64,000 bases of DNA. Origin: a virus. The stretch covers positions 90,897-154,896 of IMG/VR virus record IMGVR_UViG_3300017977_000066. One strand, given 5' to 3'. The position numbers were made by a program, and so were the translations under genes. The notes below the pieces were generated by a model. It saw only the letters and a list, made by a program, of their open reading frames with translations. It was not told the origin of the DNA and did not search any database. Shown one piece after another: positions 51,551 to 60,408 of this stretch (positions are counted from its first letter, which is position 1; every line of letters starts with the position of its first letter).

Positions 51551-53263
51551 ATGAACGACGTTCTTCAGAGAGTGTTAGAGAGGACTGATAGGAACAGACC
51601 TAATAAGTGCATATTACAAGGAGACATATCTAGAGAGAATGTAGAGATCTTACCAGAGTATCTATCTAAGGTCATAGAGTCTGCTGTATCTACATTACCA
51701 CCAGAAGCTAACTTTAGATATATGGGCTATAGGAAGCTAACTCCTATAGAGGATTTCTACCACACTATCAATGCTAGTATAAGTAAGAACCTAGTGGATC
51801 TATCTAGGAACTCACTATTTAAGATAGAACTAGGTTTCCAATATGGAGACATAGAGATAAAGAGGATATTATCATTACCTTATGTAGACAAAGGCGGGTT
51901 CTTAAAACTATCTGATGCCAACTATGCACTAGTACCAGTATTATCCTCATACCCAGTAGCACCCTCACCATCTGAGTTATTTATAAGATTACTTAGAGAT
52001 AAGCTTATCATCAAGAAGATGAGAAGAAATGTTTATGTTAATGGAGTTAAGACACCATTAGATGTATACCATAGCAAGACTTATAAGCTTATCAGCAAGG
52101 TTAACAACATCATACCTATAGCTTTATATCCGTTAATAAAATATGGCTTTAAAGATACGTTTAAAGAGCTTATGAATACAGAGCCACTAGTATTATTTGG
52201 AGATGAGGATATAAGTAAGTATCTAGATGAGTATGATGTTTATCAATCATTAGGAGTCAGACCTAGAGCCATACATGTTAATGTTTATATACCACATACT
52301 ATAAGGATACTTGTTAAGAAATCTGAAACTACACCAGCTGTAAGATCTTATATAGGATCATTAATCTATAGCTTCGATATGAGTCCAGAGTTCGCTATGG
52401 AACTTAAGAAGGTTATAGGTAAGAAGAAAGTACATGGTACTGACATCAACCTAGACAACATAGATGAAGAGACCCTATACTGGATAACTCTATTAGGTAA
52501 GATCATATTTAAAAATAAGTATACCTTAGACAGGATACAAATAGACATGTTAGAGCATATTAATATACTTAATAACTATCTAGATAACATCATTAAAGAT
52601 AGGCTTAAAGAGACAGGTATCATACTTGATGACTTCTATAGTTTACTACACTGGTCAGTAGTTAACTTCGATGAGTATGTTAGGATGTATGAGTCCCATA
52701 CTAGTGATCTTGCTAATCGCTATCTAGACATGCCTTACTATGTCTTATATAAACATATAGAAGGAGCTAACAAAGCTTTTCTAGAGCTTAAGAGGAACTT
52801 GGTTAAGAAGACTCTAACTGAGAAGGATATCCATAAGGTATTTAATGATTTCTTAAGTACTAAGAAGATATTCGGTTTAATAAGCTCTAGTGGACTTAAC
52901 CTATCTCTTATACCTATAGATGTCACAGGTGATCAGTTCTATTGGAAAGTAACTTCCATACTAAGTGATCAAGCACAAGGTCAAGGTGTTATCAGAAGCA
53001 AGAGGGAAGCATTCCCCCCTAACACTAGGAAACTTAGAGCTGAAGATCTTATTTTAGGTTCCATGTCTCACTTACCTAAGAAGACTCCATCTCCTAGATT
53101 TAGACTTAATATCAATGCTGATGTTGATCTACATACTGGTAAACTATTACTTACTGAAAAAGATAAGTATTTTATCAACAAGACTGACGCTATGCTTAAT
53201 GCTAAACATGAGGGCGCTGATATAAAAGAGATGACTAACGAGATAGATGTAAAAGATATGTAA
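51551..53263 (+). CDS. nvRNAP beta subunit N-terminal part (phiKZ gp123-like)
   Basis: LPYVDKGG...PVLS, FIRLLRDKL, WITLLG, LPKKTPS...RLN motifs; gene order after capsid block. Confidence 0.85.
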   Translation: MNDVLQRVLERTDRNRPNKCILQGDISRENVEILPEYLSKVIESAVSTLPPEANFRYMGYRKLTPIEDFYHTINASISKNLVDLSRNSLFKIELGFQYGDIEIKRILSLPYVDKGGFLKLSDANYALVPVLSSYPVAPSPSELFIRLLRDKLIIKKMRRNVYVNGVKTPLDVYHSKTYKLISKVNNIIPIALYPLIKYGFKDTFKELMNTEPLVLFGDEDISKYLDEYDVYQSLGVRPRAIHVNVYIPHTIRILVKKSETTPAVRSYIGSLIYSFDMSPEFAMELKKVIGKKKVHGTDINLDNIDEETLYWITLLGKIIFKNKYTLDRIQIDMLEHINILNNYLDNIIKDRLKETGIILDDFYSLLHWSVVNFDEYVRMYESHTSDLANRYLDMPYYVLYKHIEGANKAFLELKRNLVKKTLTEKDIHKVFNDFLSTKKIFGLISSSGLNLSLIPIDVTGDQFYWKVTSILSDQAQGQGVIRSKREAFPPNTRKLRAEDLILGSMSHLPKKTPSPRFRLNINADVDLHTGKLLLTEKDKYFINKTDAMLNAKHEGADIKEMTNEIDVKDM

Positions 53264-53274
53264 AAGTAACTATG

Positions 53275-53300
53275 CCATAGTAACCTTTTGGTTACTATGG
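53275..53300. terminator. Hairpin between convergent genes
   Basis: ccatagtaacc-tttt-ggttactatgg. Confidence 0.75.
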
Positions 53301-54014
53301 TTAGCTGTTTTTGTTTATGAAAGCTTCTATATACACTTTCCTTATATGGAAGTGTTGCACAGGTATGCTTGTAACATCTATATATGGCTTATATAGTTCG
53401 TTAACAGACTGAAGCATAGTCTCTATATCTTTTTCTTTTTTAACACTCAGAGGCTTCATAAGCATCGCTGGTATGTATAGTTTAGTTTCATTAGCCTGAC
53501 CATCCGATAACCCTATATGATATTCTAACCACTCCATGCCATCATACATGATCATGACATTATATTTGTTATCAGCATAGCTTAGAGTTAACTCAGTAGG
53601 TTTTAGATAGATGAACTCTATATTAACAAAATCGCTAAGAACACTTATGAAGATGGCATTGGCTAGTTGGTTCTTCATATGGTCACTTAGAGTATAAGGA
53701 TAAGTATTAACTTCTAATGTTACTACACCAGAGTCATTAGTCTCTATGAGCTTACTTAGTAACATATTAATCTCCACACTAGCAACCTCTAAGACATTAC
53801 TAGCGAATGACTCAGTCAGCTTAGTACTAAGATCTACATGTTTAAAATATGCTAATATATCATTAGAGAGATAGTCATACTCTTCATATACTCTGTTAAT
53901 ATAGTTATCATCACGAACAGCTCGTATAGCTAACTTCTTATCTAATAAAGCTATAGTAGTTAGTCTAGTATCTAAGACATCTCTTAACTCTATATATAAA
54001 GTACTGTTAAGCAT
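53301..54014 (-). CDS. Conserved phiKZ-like HAD-fold-like protein
   Basis: LYIELRDVLDTR, VNTYPYTLS, MYDGMEWL motifs. Confidence 0.65.
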   Translation of the reverse strand: MLNSTLYIELRDVLDTRLTTIALLDKKLAIRAVRDDNYINRVYEEYDYLSNDILAYFKHVDLSTKLTESFASNVLEVASVEINMLLSKLIETNDSGVVTLEVNTYPYTLSDHMKNQLANAIFISVLSDFVNIEFIYLKPTELTLSYADNKYNVMIMYDGMEWLEYHIGLSDGQANETKLYIPAMLMKPLSVKKEKDIETMLQSVNELYKPYIDVTSIPVQHFHIRKVYIEAFINKNS

Positions 54015-54023
54015 GGTTCCTCC

Positions 54024-54587
54024 TTAAAACTTATACAAGTTATTATTATTATTTTCTATCTCAGCTTCTACTAGTGTAGCATCTACATTATCAGTATCAT
54101 TCTTAAGATCTAGATACTCTAACATAAGCATCTGTTCTTTCCTAGTCATATTCATGAACTCTGTATATGAGATACCTGTAGTCTTATAGATATCTAGTCT
54201 GATGAAGTTCTCGAATAGCTCGAATGTATTAGCTATGTTAAATGATTCGAAGTTCTTAGAGTATTTAACTGTATCTAAGTTGTCTATATTACTAACCTTA
54301 TAACCTAGTATAACATTAGTTATTTTTTTATTTAGGATCTCTGCATCCAAGTAGCTACAATGTATTTTTTTAGGTAGCATTTTTTTAACATGCGATAAAT
54401 AGTTCCTGAAGACCTCTAATGGGTTCAAATCCATTAAAGATCTCATTTTTACTAGAACATGGTTCTTAACATCGTATTTATCAAAATGTTCGTGATAGAT
54501 GGAACGGAGCTTTAGATATCTGTCTCGCTCTCTTTTTCCTTTTGGTATCTGTCCATCACTTTCTCGTATCTCGAATGCAGTAGGATA
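54024..54587 (-). CDS. T4 gp51/tail-chaperone-T-like segment, probably translated by -1 frameshift from upstream gene
   Basis: GISYTEFMNMTRKEQMLMLEYL; frame open from slippery T7 to stop; no SD before ATG 54446. Confidence 0.7.
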   Translation of the reverse strand, partial: YPTAFEIRESDGQIPKGKRERDRYLKLRSIYHEHFDKYDVKNHVLVKMRSLMDLNPLEVFRNYLSHVKKMLPKKIHCSYLDAEILNKKITNVILGYKVSNIDNLDTVKYSKNFESFNIANTFELFENFIRLDIYKTTGISYTEFMNMTRKEQMLMLEYLDLKNDTDNVDATLVEAEIENNNNNLYKF

Positions 54588-56017
54588 AAAAAATACTCGA
54601 ACACCGCCAATGGTATAAGCTCGTGTTTAGATTGCGCTATATTACAAGACTCACATCTGAAGTTAGGTATACCTACTATAGATACTAAACTGTTATCTAT
54701 ATAAGCATGGATATCTGCTAAGAACTTAGTTCTAGTGTCATCGTTGCTAACCATGGTATTAAGAGCTTCTTTTATATCTTCTATAGAAGTAAGCTTAGCA
54801 TCGTCTATCTTAATGGATTTTATATAGTGGATATAAAGTTGTAGATAGTAAGATTTAACTAATAGCTCTTCAGCATCTTCTGGTTTATCTACATGAGTAC
54901 TCTCTTTAAGTATCTGATTAGCATTATGTCTAAGAGTACTGATAAAGTCTTTACCAGCTTCTAGATAGTAGCTTATATTAGGAGATTGGAAAGTAACATC
55001 TACTGTTAAAGATTCATCTTCATATGGTAATGTAAACGTCTCTATGACTTCACCGTTAGTAGGTAGTGTTTTCTGATACTCTATAACATCTTCTATAGAT
55101 ACTGTCTTAGGGTTAGTTTTGTTCATCTGCTGGATGTGTTTAGGAGTTAACTTAGTTAAGTCTTCCCACTGTAGTTCATCTAGAGCAAGCTTGACTCTTT
55201 TAACATTATTACAAGCCGGCTTACCATCTTTAAGCTTAGTGTCATTAGAGCACGGGATAACAGCATTAAAACCATTAGGGAATATACTCATAGCTATATT
55301 AATAGCGACTGCATTAACATCATTAATATGGATGTAATCTAGGATGTCTTGATCATCGCCTATATCTAAACTACTAGCTATTATCTTACCTCTAAAATGT
55401 TTGAAGATAACTTCTGTAAATATAACAGAGTAGTTACTAAATATCAGTGTGTTAGTAGCTTTACCTATACGAGTAAGCTCTTCAGTTATCTCTAACTCTA
55501 ATCTTAAGATCTCTTCGTCTGTAAGAGGAGCCATAGTAATATAGAAACCGCTATGCCATAATGCGATATTAACATGGCTACCAAGACCACTAGCTTGTTT
55601 AAGTTTAAGTAGCGCGGCTTTACCAGAAGATACTTTCTTATTAAACTTAAGAGCTTTAGAGTGTAAAGGTTTTTCACCATCTACTTTATTAGTGAAGCTA
55701 ACCATATCTTCACGATAACCAGTATCTTCACTCTCTATAAAACCTTTGTTGTTTCGTTGTAAGATGATGGATACCTGTTCATCTTCAGTTAGATCTTCTA
55801 GCTCTATGTCATCTACAGTGTCTTTGATAGTTTTTCTACTAGCAGATGGAGCTGGTCTAGGCTCTTTAAGTTTAGAAATCTCTTTAGCATCTATAGCCTC
55901 ACCATCATCGAAGACCTCTTCTAACATCTTCTGGTTCTCATCTTGTTCAGGAACCTCTTTAGCAGGAACTTCATTAACTACTTCTTCAGTAGTTTCTACT
56001 TCTTTTTTATCAGACAT
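54512..56017 (-). CDS. T4 gp26/tail-chaperone-G-like protein (phiKZ gp77-like)
   Basis: ALWHSGF motif; C-terminal RCESC...EYFF resembling gp26-family CxxC...FF. Confidence 0.65.
   Translation of the reverse strand: MSDKKEVETTEEVVNEVPAKEVPEQDENQKMLEEVFDDGEAIDAKEISKLKEPRPAPSASRKTIKDTVDDIELEDLTEDEQVSIILQRNNKGFIESEDTGYREDMVSFTNKVDGEKPLHSKALKFNKKVSSGKAALLKLKQASGLGSHVNIALWHSGFYITMAPLTDEEILRLELEITEELTRIGKATNTLIFSNYSVIFTEVIFKHFRGKIIASSLDIGDDQDILDYIHINDVNAVAINIAMSIFPNGFNAVIPCSNDTKLKDGKPACNNVKRVKLALDELQWEDLTKLTPKHIQQMNKTNPKTVSIEDVIEYQKTLPTNGEVIETFTLPYEDESLTVDVTFQSPNISYYLEAGKDFISTLRHNANQILKESTHVDKPEDAEELLVKSYYLQLYIHYIKSIKIDDAKLTSIEDIKEALNTMVSNDDTRTKFLADIHAYIDNSLVSIVGIPNFRCESCNIAQSKHELIPLAVFEYFFILLHSRYEKVMDRYQKEKESETDI
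54587..54608 (-). promoter_or_regulatory. -1 frameshift signal: GGCGGUG, 8-nt spacer, U UUU UUU
   Basis: Minus strand ttGGCGGTGttcgagtaTTTTTTTatc; heptamer in X XXY YYZ phase. Confidence 0.7.
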
Positions 56018-56025
56018 GATGTCTC

Positions 56026-56520
56026 CTATTTTTCTTCAGTAGGCTTTTCAGCTTCTTGTTTAGCAACTTCAGCTCTTATTAAACCTAATAGATGTGTCTC
56101 TATAGACTCGAATGTAGTTTGTATCTTCTCATGTAGGCCACTATAAGCAACTACTACAGTAACATATAGTTGTTGTTGTTTATCATCATTAACATCTACA
56201 TCACCTACATATGCGTTATAGGCAGTACTACCATTTTTTAATTTATTAGACTCACTGTGAGTACCTAAGATATTGATAAGCTCTTGCGAGTAGTCTGTTA
56301 GTGATTTTATAGCACCTACATAAGTAGTAGCGATCTCTCTATTGGACTCTATAATAGATCCAAAAGTCTCACCAGTATTTTTAGTTACATTTAGAGACTG
56401 TTCTAAAAAACCCTTGATTTCATTATACATAGATATAAGCTCATCCCACTTAACAACTTCTTTCTCATTGATAGCAGGAATCTCGATACCAGCTTCTTTA
56501 TTAACTTTATTCTCGGACAT
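56026..56520 (-). CDS. Hypothetical helical protein
   Basis: 164-aa ORF with SD TAAGGA. Confidence 0.7.
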   Translation of the reverse strand: MSENKVNKEAGIEIPAINEKEVVKWDELISMYNEIKGFLEQSLNVTKNTGETFGSIIESNREIATTYVGAIKSLTDYSQELINILGTHSESNKLKNGSTAYNAYVGDVDVNDDKQQQLYVTVVVAYSGLHEKIQTTFESIETHLLGLIRAEVAKQEAEKPTEEK

Positions 56521-56607
56521 GTTTTTTTCCTTATGTTATTTTTCTTCAGATAAATGAATATCTTACATAAAAATGATACTTTATTGAATAAACAATAAGG
56601 ATATATT

Positions 56608-57522
56608 ATGGATAATGTTTTACTAGGTTATTTACAGAATACTATAAGTAGTGAAAGGGTAGCTACAATAACTTCGCTTTATGATTTACTACATGAGGCA
56701 GCTGTAGATAATACTATAGATCTGATAGATGCCATAGGTGCTAAGGATACTTTAGATGTTGATACTGGTAGTGTTGGTAATGAAGTAGAGTTGCTATTAA
56801 AAGAGGGTTTGATAGCATATTTAAAACATATAGGTATATTAGTAGATGAAGAGGTTCTTGTCTCTACATCTCTTCATAAACTTGTAGCATTTATGGATGC
56901 ACTTAAACATATATCAGAGTTAGATGTAGACCAAGCTGAGTATATCTTAGATAACATAGATGTAGAAGAGACTGACGAAGTAGGGACTTTATTCTTTATA
57001 TTAAGCAATACTGATAATACTTTAGATGCAGAGTTATATTTTAATCTTGTTACTGATGTAGTACCTACTACTTTAAAAGTATTATTGCTAGCTATTAATA
57101 CTATAGTAGAAACCATAGGTGTAGAAGATGAAGATGATGTACAACCTGATGCTAAAGTATTAGACATGCTTCATGAGGAGTTAGAGTTAAGTGTTATGCC
57201 TGATCTATTAAATGACATCATAGGTGATAGAGTTAATACAATATCTAGGATAGGAAATAACTTCACTGATATGAGGTCTAGTATATTTAAGAAACTTAAC
57301 TTCTTCGCTAAAGAGCTAGGGTTCGAAAAGAGAGTTGTAAATAAATACATAGTAGACCTAGTCTTATTATATGCATTCAGTAATAATACCTATAATGATC
57401 TGGTACTAGACCTATATGATAAGTGTAGTGACAAGCATGATTTTAGAGGTGTTATTAATAAAACCATAGCATTGTTTATAGAGTTAGGTATTATAGAGAA
57501 TAAAGGTGATATAGATGAATAA
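56608..57522 (+). CDS. Hypothetical acidic protein (phiKZ gp79-like position)
   Basis: 304 aa; overlaps vRNAP subunit gene. Confidence 0.7.
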   Translation: MDNVLLGYLQNTISSERVATITSLYDLLHEAAVDNTIDLIDAIGAKDTLDVDTGSVGNEVELLLKEGLIAYLKHIGILVDEEVLVSTSLHKLVAFMDALKHISELDVDQAEYILDNIDVEETDEVGTLFFILSNTDNTLDAELYFNLVTDVVPTTLKVLLLAINTIVETIGVEDEDDVQPDAKVLDMLHEELELSVMPDLLNDIIGDRVNTISRIGNNFTDMRSSIFKKLNFFAKELGFEKRVVNKYIVDLVLLYAFSNNTYNDLVLDLYDKCSDKHDFRGVINKTIALFIELGIIENKGDIDE

Positions 57523-58798
57523 TTTTAATATTAAAGAGTTCCTAAGATATAGTTTTAAAAACAACTTACCTACAGAACTAAATTGGGTTATAGGGTTATT
57601 TGCTACTATGGCTGAATCTGATTTTGAGAACAAGTTCTTTATTATAAAAAATAAAGAGTTCTACGGTAAGACTGATGATGGTGAGTTATTATTAGTTAAA
57701 AACTACACCAAACCAGTATTATTAGCTAGTGATACTATAGATGTGGAGAAAGGTTTTATCTGTAACATAGATAATAATATAACTACTACATATGGTAGAC
57801 TAGTTATGAACTACCTTATAGGATGCCATGCTTTTAATGGTAAGATAAATTTTATCAATGAGAAGTTCACTATTAAAGACATAGAGAAGAAGTATGTTAC
57901 TAAATCACTTACTGATGATGCCAATGATACAAATGGTATATCTGTAGATGAGTTCAAAGAGTTTCTAGATGTGGGTCTATATATAGAGAGCTTCAGTAAG
58001 TATCTAAGCATAGCTATAACTGAGAAATCAGCTCTGCCTCCTAAAGGTCTAGATAAGTTTAAAAAAGATACTCTTAAACTCATGAAAGATAAGTATGGAG
58101 AAGATTTTGCTAAGAACCCCATAGCTATAGCTGAACTAGAGAAACTTATGTTAGACTTTGATGACGACTACCTTAAAGATGATCCAGCCTATGGTAAGCT
58201 CATGTCTGGTAAAGTCACTAACATGGCTAGGAAGAAGATGTTCCTATTATTTGGTATAGGTAATAGTTTTGAAGAAGCTCCTGATGGTATATTAGATTCT
58301 TTACAAGAGGGCTGGGACCTAGACCCTAAGAAACTTACCGCATATGCTAATGATAGTAGAAGTGGTTCTTATGGTCGTGGTAAAGAGACTAGTCAGGGTG
58401 GTGTTATGGCTAAGGTTTCATTAAGAGCTACATCTGACATTAAGATAGAGAAAACAGATTGTGGTACCAAGATGGGTAGACCAGTTCGTATAACTGCTGA
58501 GAATTATAATAGGTATATAAAACGTTATATGATAGGAGTCAATGGTAAACCTGAACCTCTTACTGAAGATAAGTTAAAGTCTCTTGTAAATAAAATCATC
58601 TATCTAAGGACTCCACTGTACTGTCATCTAGATACTAACTACTGTAGTACTTGTGCTGGTGAAAACATAAGTGATTATGAGAATGGGGTTTCATTACTAG
58701 TATCAGGTGCTAGTGGTAAAGTACTCGATATCTCTTTAAAAGCTTTCCATGGTAATAGCTTAACCATCGGTACATTAGACCTTAGTACCATACATTAA
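57515..58798 (+). CDS. Virion RNAP beta' middle subunit (phiKZ gp80-like)
   Basis: TTYGR, ARKKMF, SLQEGW, RSGSYGRGKETSQGG, DCGT, LRTPLYC..CSTCAG, LKAFH. Confidence 0.9.
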   Translation: MNNFNIKEFLRYSFKNNLPTELNWVIGLFATMAESDFENKFFIIKNKEFYGKTDDGELLLVKNYTKPVLLASDTIDVEKGFICNIDNNITTTYGRLVMNYLIGCHAFNGKINFINEKFTIKDIEKKYVTKSLTDDANDTNGISVDEFKEFLDVGLYIESFSKYLSIAITEKSALPPKGLDKFKKDTLKLMKDKYGEDFAKNPIAIAELEKLMLDFDDDYLKDDPAYGKLMSGKVTNMARKKMFLLFGIGNSFEEAPDGILDSLQEGWDLDPKKLTAYANDSRSGSYGRGKETSQGGVMAKVSLRATSDIKIEKTDCGTKMGRPVRITAENYNRYIKRYMIGVNGKPEPLTEDKLKSLVNKIIYLRTPLYCHLDTNYCSTCAGENISDYENGVSLLVSGASGKVLDISLKAFHGNSLTIGTLDLSTIH

Positions 58799-58820
58799 AG
58801 TTTCATATATTTTTTAGTAT

Positions 58821-58828
58821 TATATTAC
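58821..58828 (+). promoter_or_regulatory. Early promoter core TATATTAC
   Basis: tttttagtatTATATTACttatatGAAC. Confidence 0.75.
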
Positions 58829-58917
58829 TTATATGAACCTGTAACACACAGTGAAATAGCGATATATTGAATAAAAAAAAACAAGTAAGTCTAATCTTAC
58901 TTATAAAAGGAATGATG

Positions 58918-59679
58918 ATGGAAAATAATGAAGAGGATTTCTTAGGAGACTTACTACCAGCTTCTAGTAAAAAAGAGGATGATTTTTTAGATGGCATCAA
59001 TGCTACTACTGAAACGTCTAAGAAAACTGACTTCTCTAGTAAGAAGAGTAAGTTCACTAATGTTAGAGGTAAGAATGATATCAACCTCTGGGATAAGCCA
59101 GTTGTGCAACCAGCTGTTTTAGATACCAATAAATTTAAAACTGAAACTAATTATGCTACTATAGTATTACCTAACCCTACATACCAGCCAACTGAACAAG
59201 AGATGCTTAAGTTCAAGAAACTTTTAACATCTTTAAAAGCTAAAGAGTATAAGATAAGAGTTATCTGTAACTTTGTTAAAGCTATAAGAGAGACTCTGAT
59301 AGAGACTATGGGTATGGAGAACATCACATTCATAACACCTTGGAAAAGCTACTGTAAAGAAGATACTAAGACAGAGATGTTTATGCCTAGTGACGATAAC
59401 ATCAGAGCTGCTGCTAACTACTTCAAGAACTTCCATAAGTTCAACCCTTCTTTACAATTAATAGTAACTGGTATCTTCAGTTCTTGCTTCGGTCTTGAAA
59501 ACAATGAGCCTAGTAATATGATCATCATGTGCGATCCTTTCTATGATGGTAAGAAGTTAGACTTCACTAAGTCTAAGGATAGTAGTAATTACATCTTCTT
59601 ATCTAGAACACTAGAGCTAAACGTTTATAACATTTACAAAGATGAAGACTATGTTAGTGCTATGAAATTAGTTAACTAA
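58918..59679 (+). CDS. Divergent DprA-like/SLOG-family protein
   Basis: FITPWKSY, FGLENNEPSNMIIMCDP, LNVYNI recall the phage DprA-like pattern IYLPW..F / LG.DL..PS.FVICWTP. Confidence 0.5.
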   Translation: MENNEEDFLGDLLPASSKKEDDFLDGINATTETSKKTDFSSKKSKFTNVRGKNDINLWDKPVVQPAVLDTNKFKTETNYATIVLPNPTYQPTEQEMLKFKKLLTSLKAKEYKIRVICNFVKAIRETLIETMGMENITFITPWKSYCKEDTKTEMFMPSDDNIRAAANYFKNFHKFNPSLQLIVTGIFSSCFGLENNEPSNMIIMCDPFYDGKKLDFTKSKDSSNYIFLSRTLELNVYNIYKDEDYVSAMKLVN

Positions 59680-59689
59680 AAAAAAAAAC

Positions 59690-60033
59690 TGGATGAGTGG
59701 TTCATGCATGCTATATTTTTGTCGCGCGATAAGTATAGCGGTAGTCATGTTTGGGAAAACTAACTGTCATTCCTACGGTTAGTGTGTAGTTAAAAACGGG
59801 ATCTGCACATCAGGCTTTATTGCTTGCTAATATATATGAGTTCGTCTTGTTACCTCCTTATGATGGGACTTACTTGTGACTTTTGTTTCCATATACATTT
59901 TGTTGTTCCAAATATGTATATTGCTACCTTTTTTCTAATTTACAAGTGTTCCGCAAATATCACTTGTAGATAGTCTATTTATGCAATGCTAGCTTTTTAG
60001 CTAGTGTTGTTTGGATAGTTATTGTTTTTTTTT
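59690..60033 (+). ncRNA. Candidate structured ncRNA or long 3' UTR of tandem hairpins ending in a terminator
   Basis: At least six hairpins whose mismatches are G.U on the + strand; T10 run at the end; no ORF. Confidence 0.55.
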
Positions 60034-60056
60034 TAGTATCTGAATATGTATGGCCA

Positions 60057-60064
60057 TATATTAC
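60057..60064 (+). promoter_or_regulatory. Early promoter core TATATTAC
   Basis: caTATATTACttatacGAGC plus hairpin. Confidence 0.65.
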
Positions 60065-60097
60065 TTATACGAGCCTAAGGTTATTACTTAGCTTAAT

Positions 60098-60365
60098 ATG
60101 AACAAGGGGGGGTCTTAAATGACTCGCATGACATAGCTATGTCTAAAGGGCTGTTTAACCTAAGTGATAGATAAGTGGTGCTAAATATGAAGATATGGAA
60201 GAAGTACTAACATTAACTTTAGCTTATACTACTGATATCATAAATGCCTTAGACGAGAGAGCAGAAGGTAATTTAGATCAGTTAGGATTATTATGTAAGG
60301 GTAATGGTATGTTAGAATTAAATATGGCCAACAAGTACATAGATAGAAAAACAAATAACGATTAG
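60098..60365 (+). pseudogene. Frameshifted early gene remnant (C-terminal 56-aa frame MEEVLTL...TNND)
   Basis: Protein-like pieces in different frames; G7 run at 60106-60112. Confidence 0.4.
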
Positions 60366-60408
60366 TATAAGAAGAACCATAATAGGTTCTTCTTATCATT
60401 CTTTTTTT

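Noticed and set aside
59690-60033. CsrB/RsmZ-like sRNA on the minus strand (GGA motifs in loops)
   Set aside because: Stems contain G.U pairs only on the + strand and the terminator T-run is on +; minus-strand folding would have A.C mismatches
59690-60033. CRISPR array, tRNA cluster or tmRNA
   Set aside because: No repeated units, no T-loop GTTCRA in a cloverleaf context, no tag ORF
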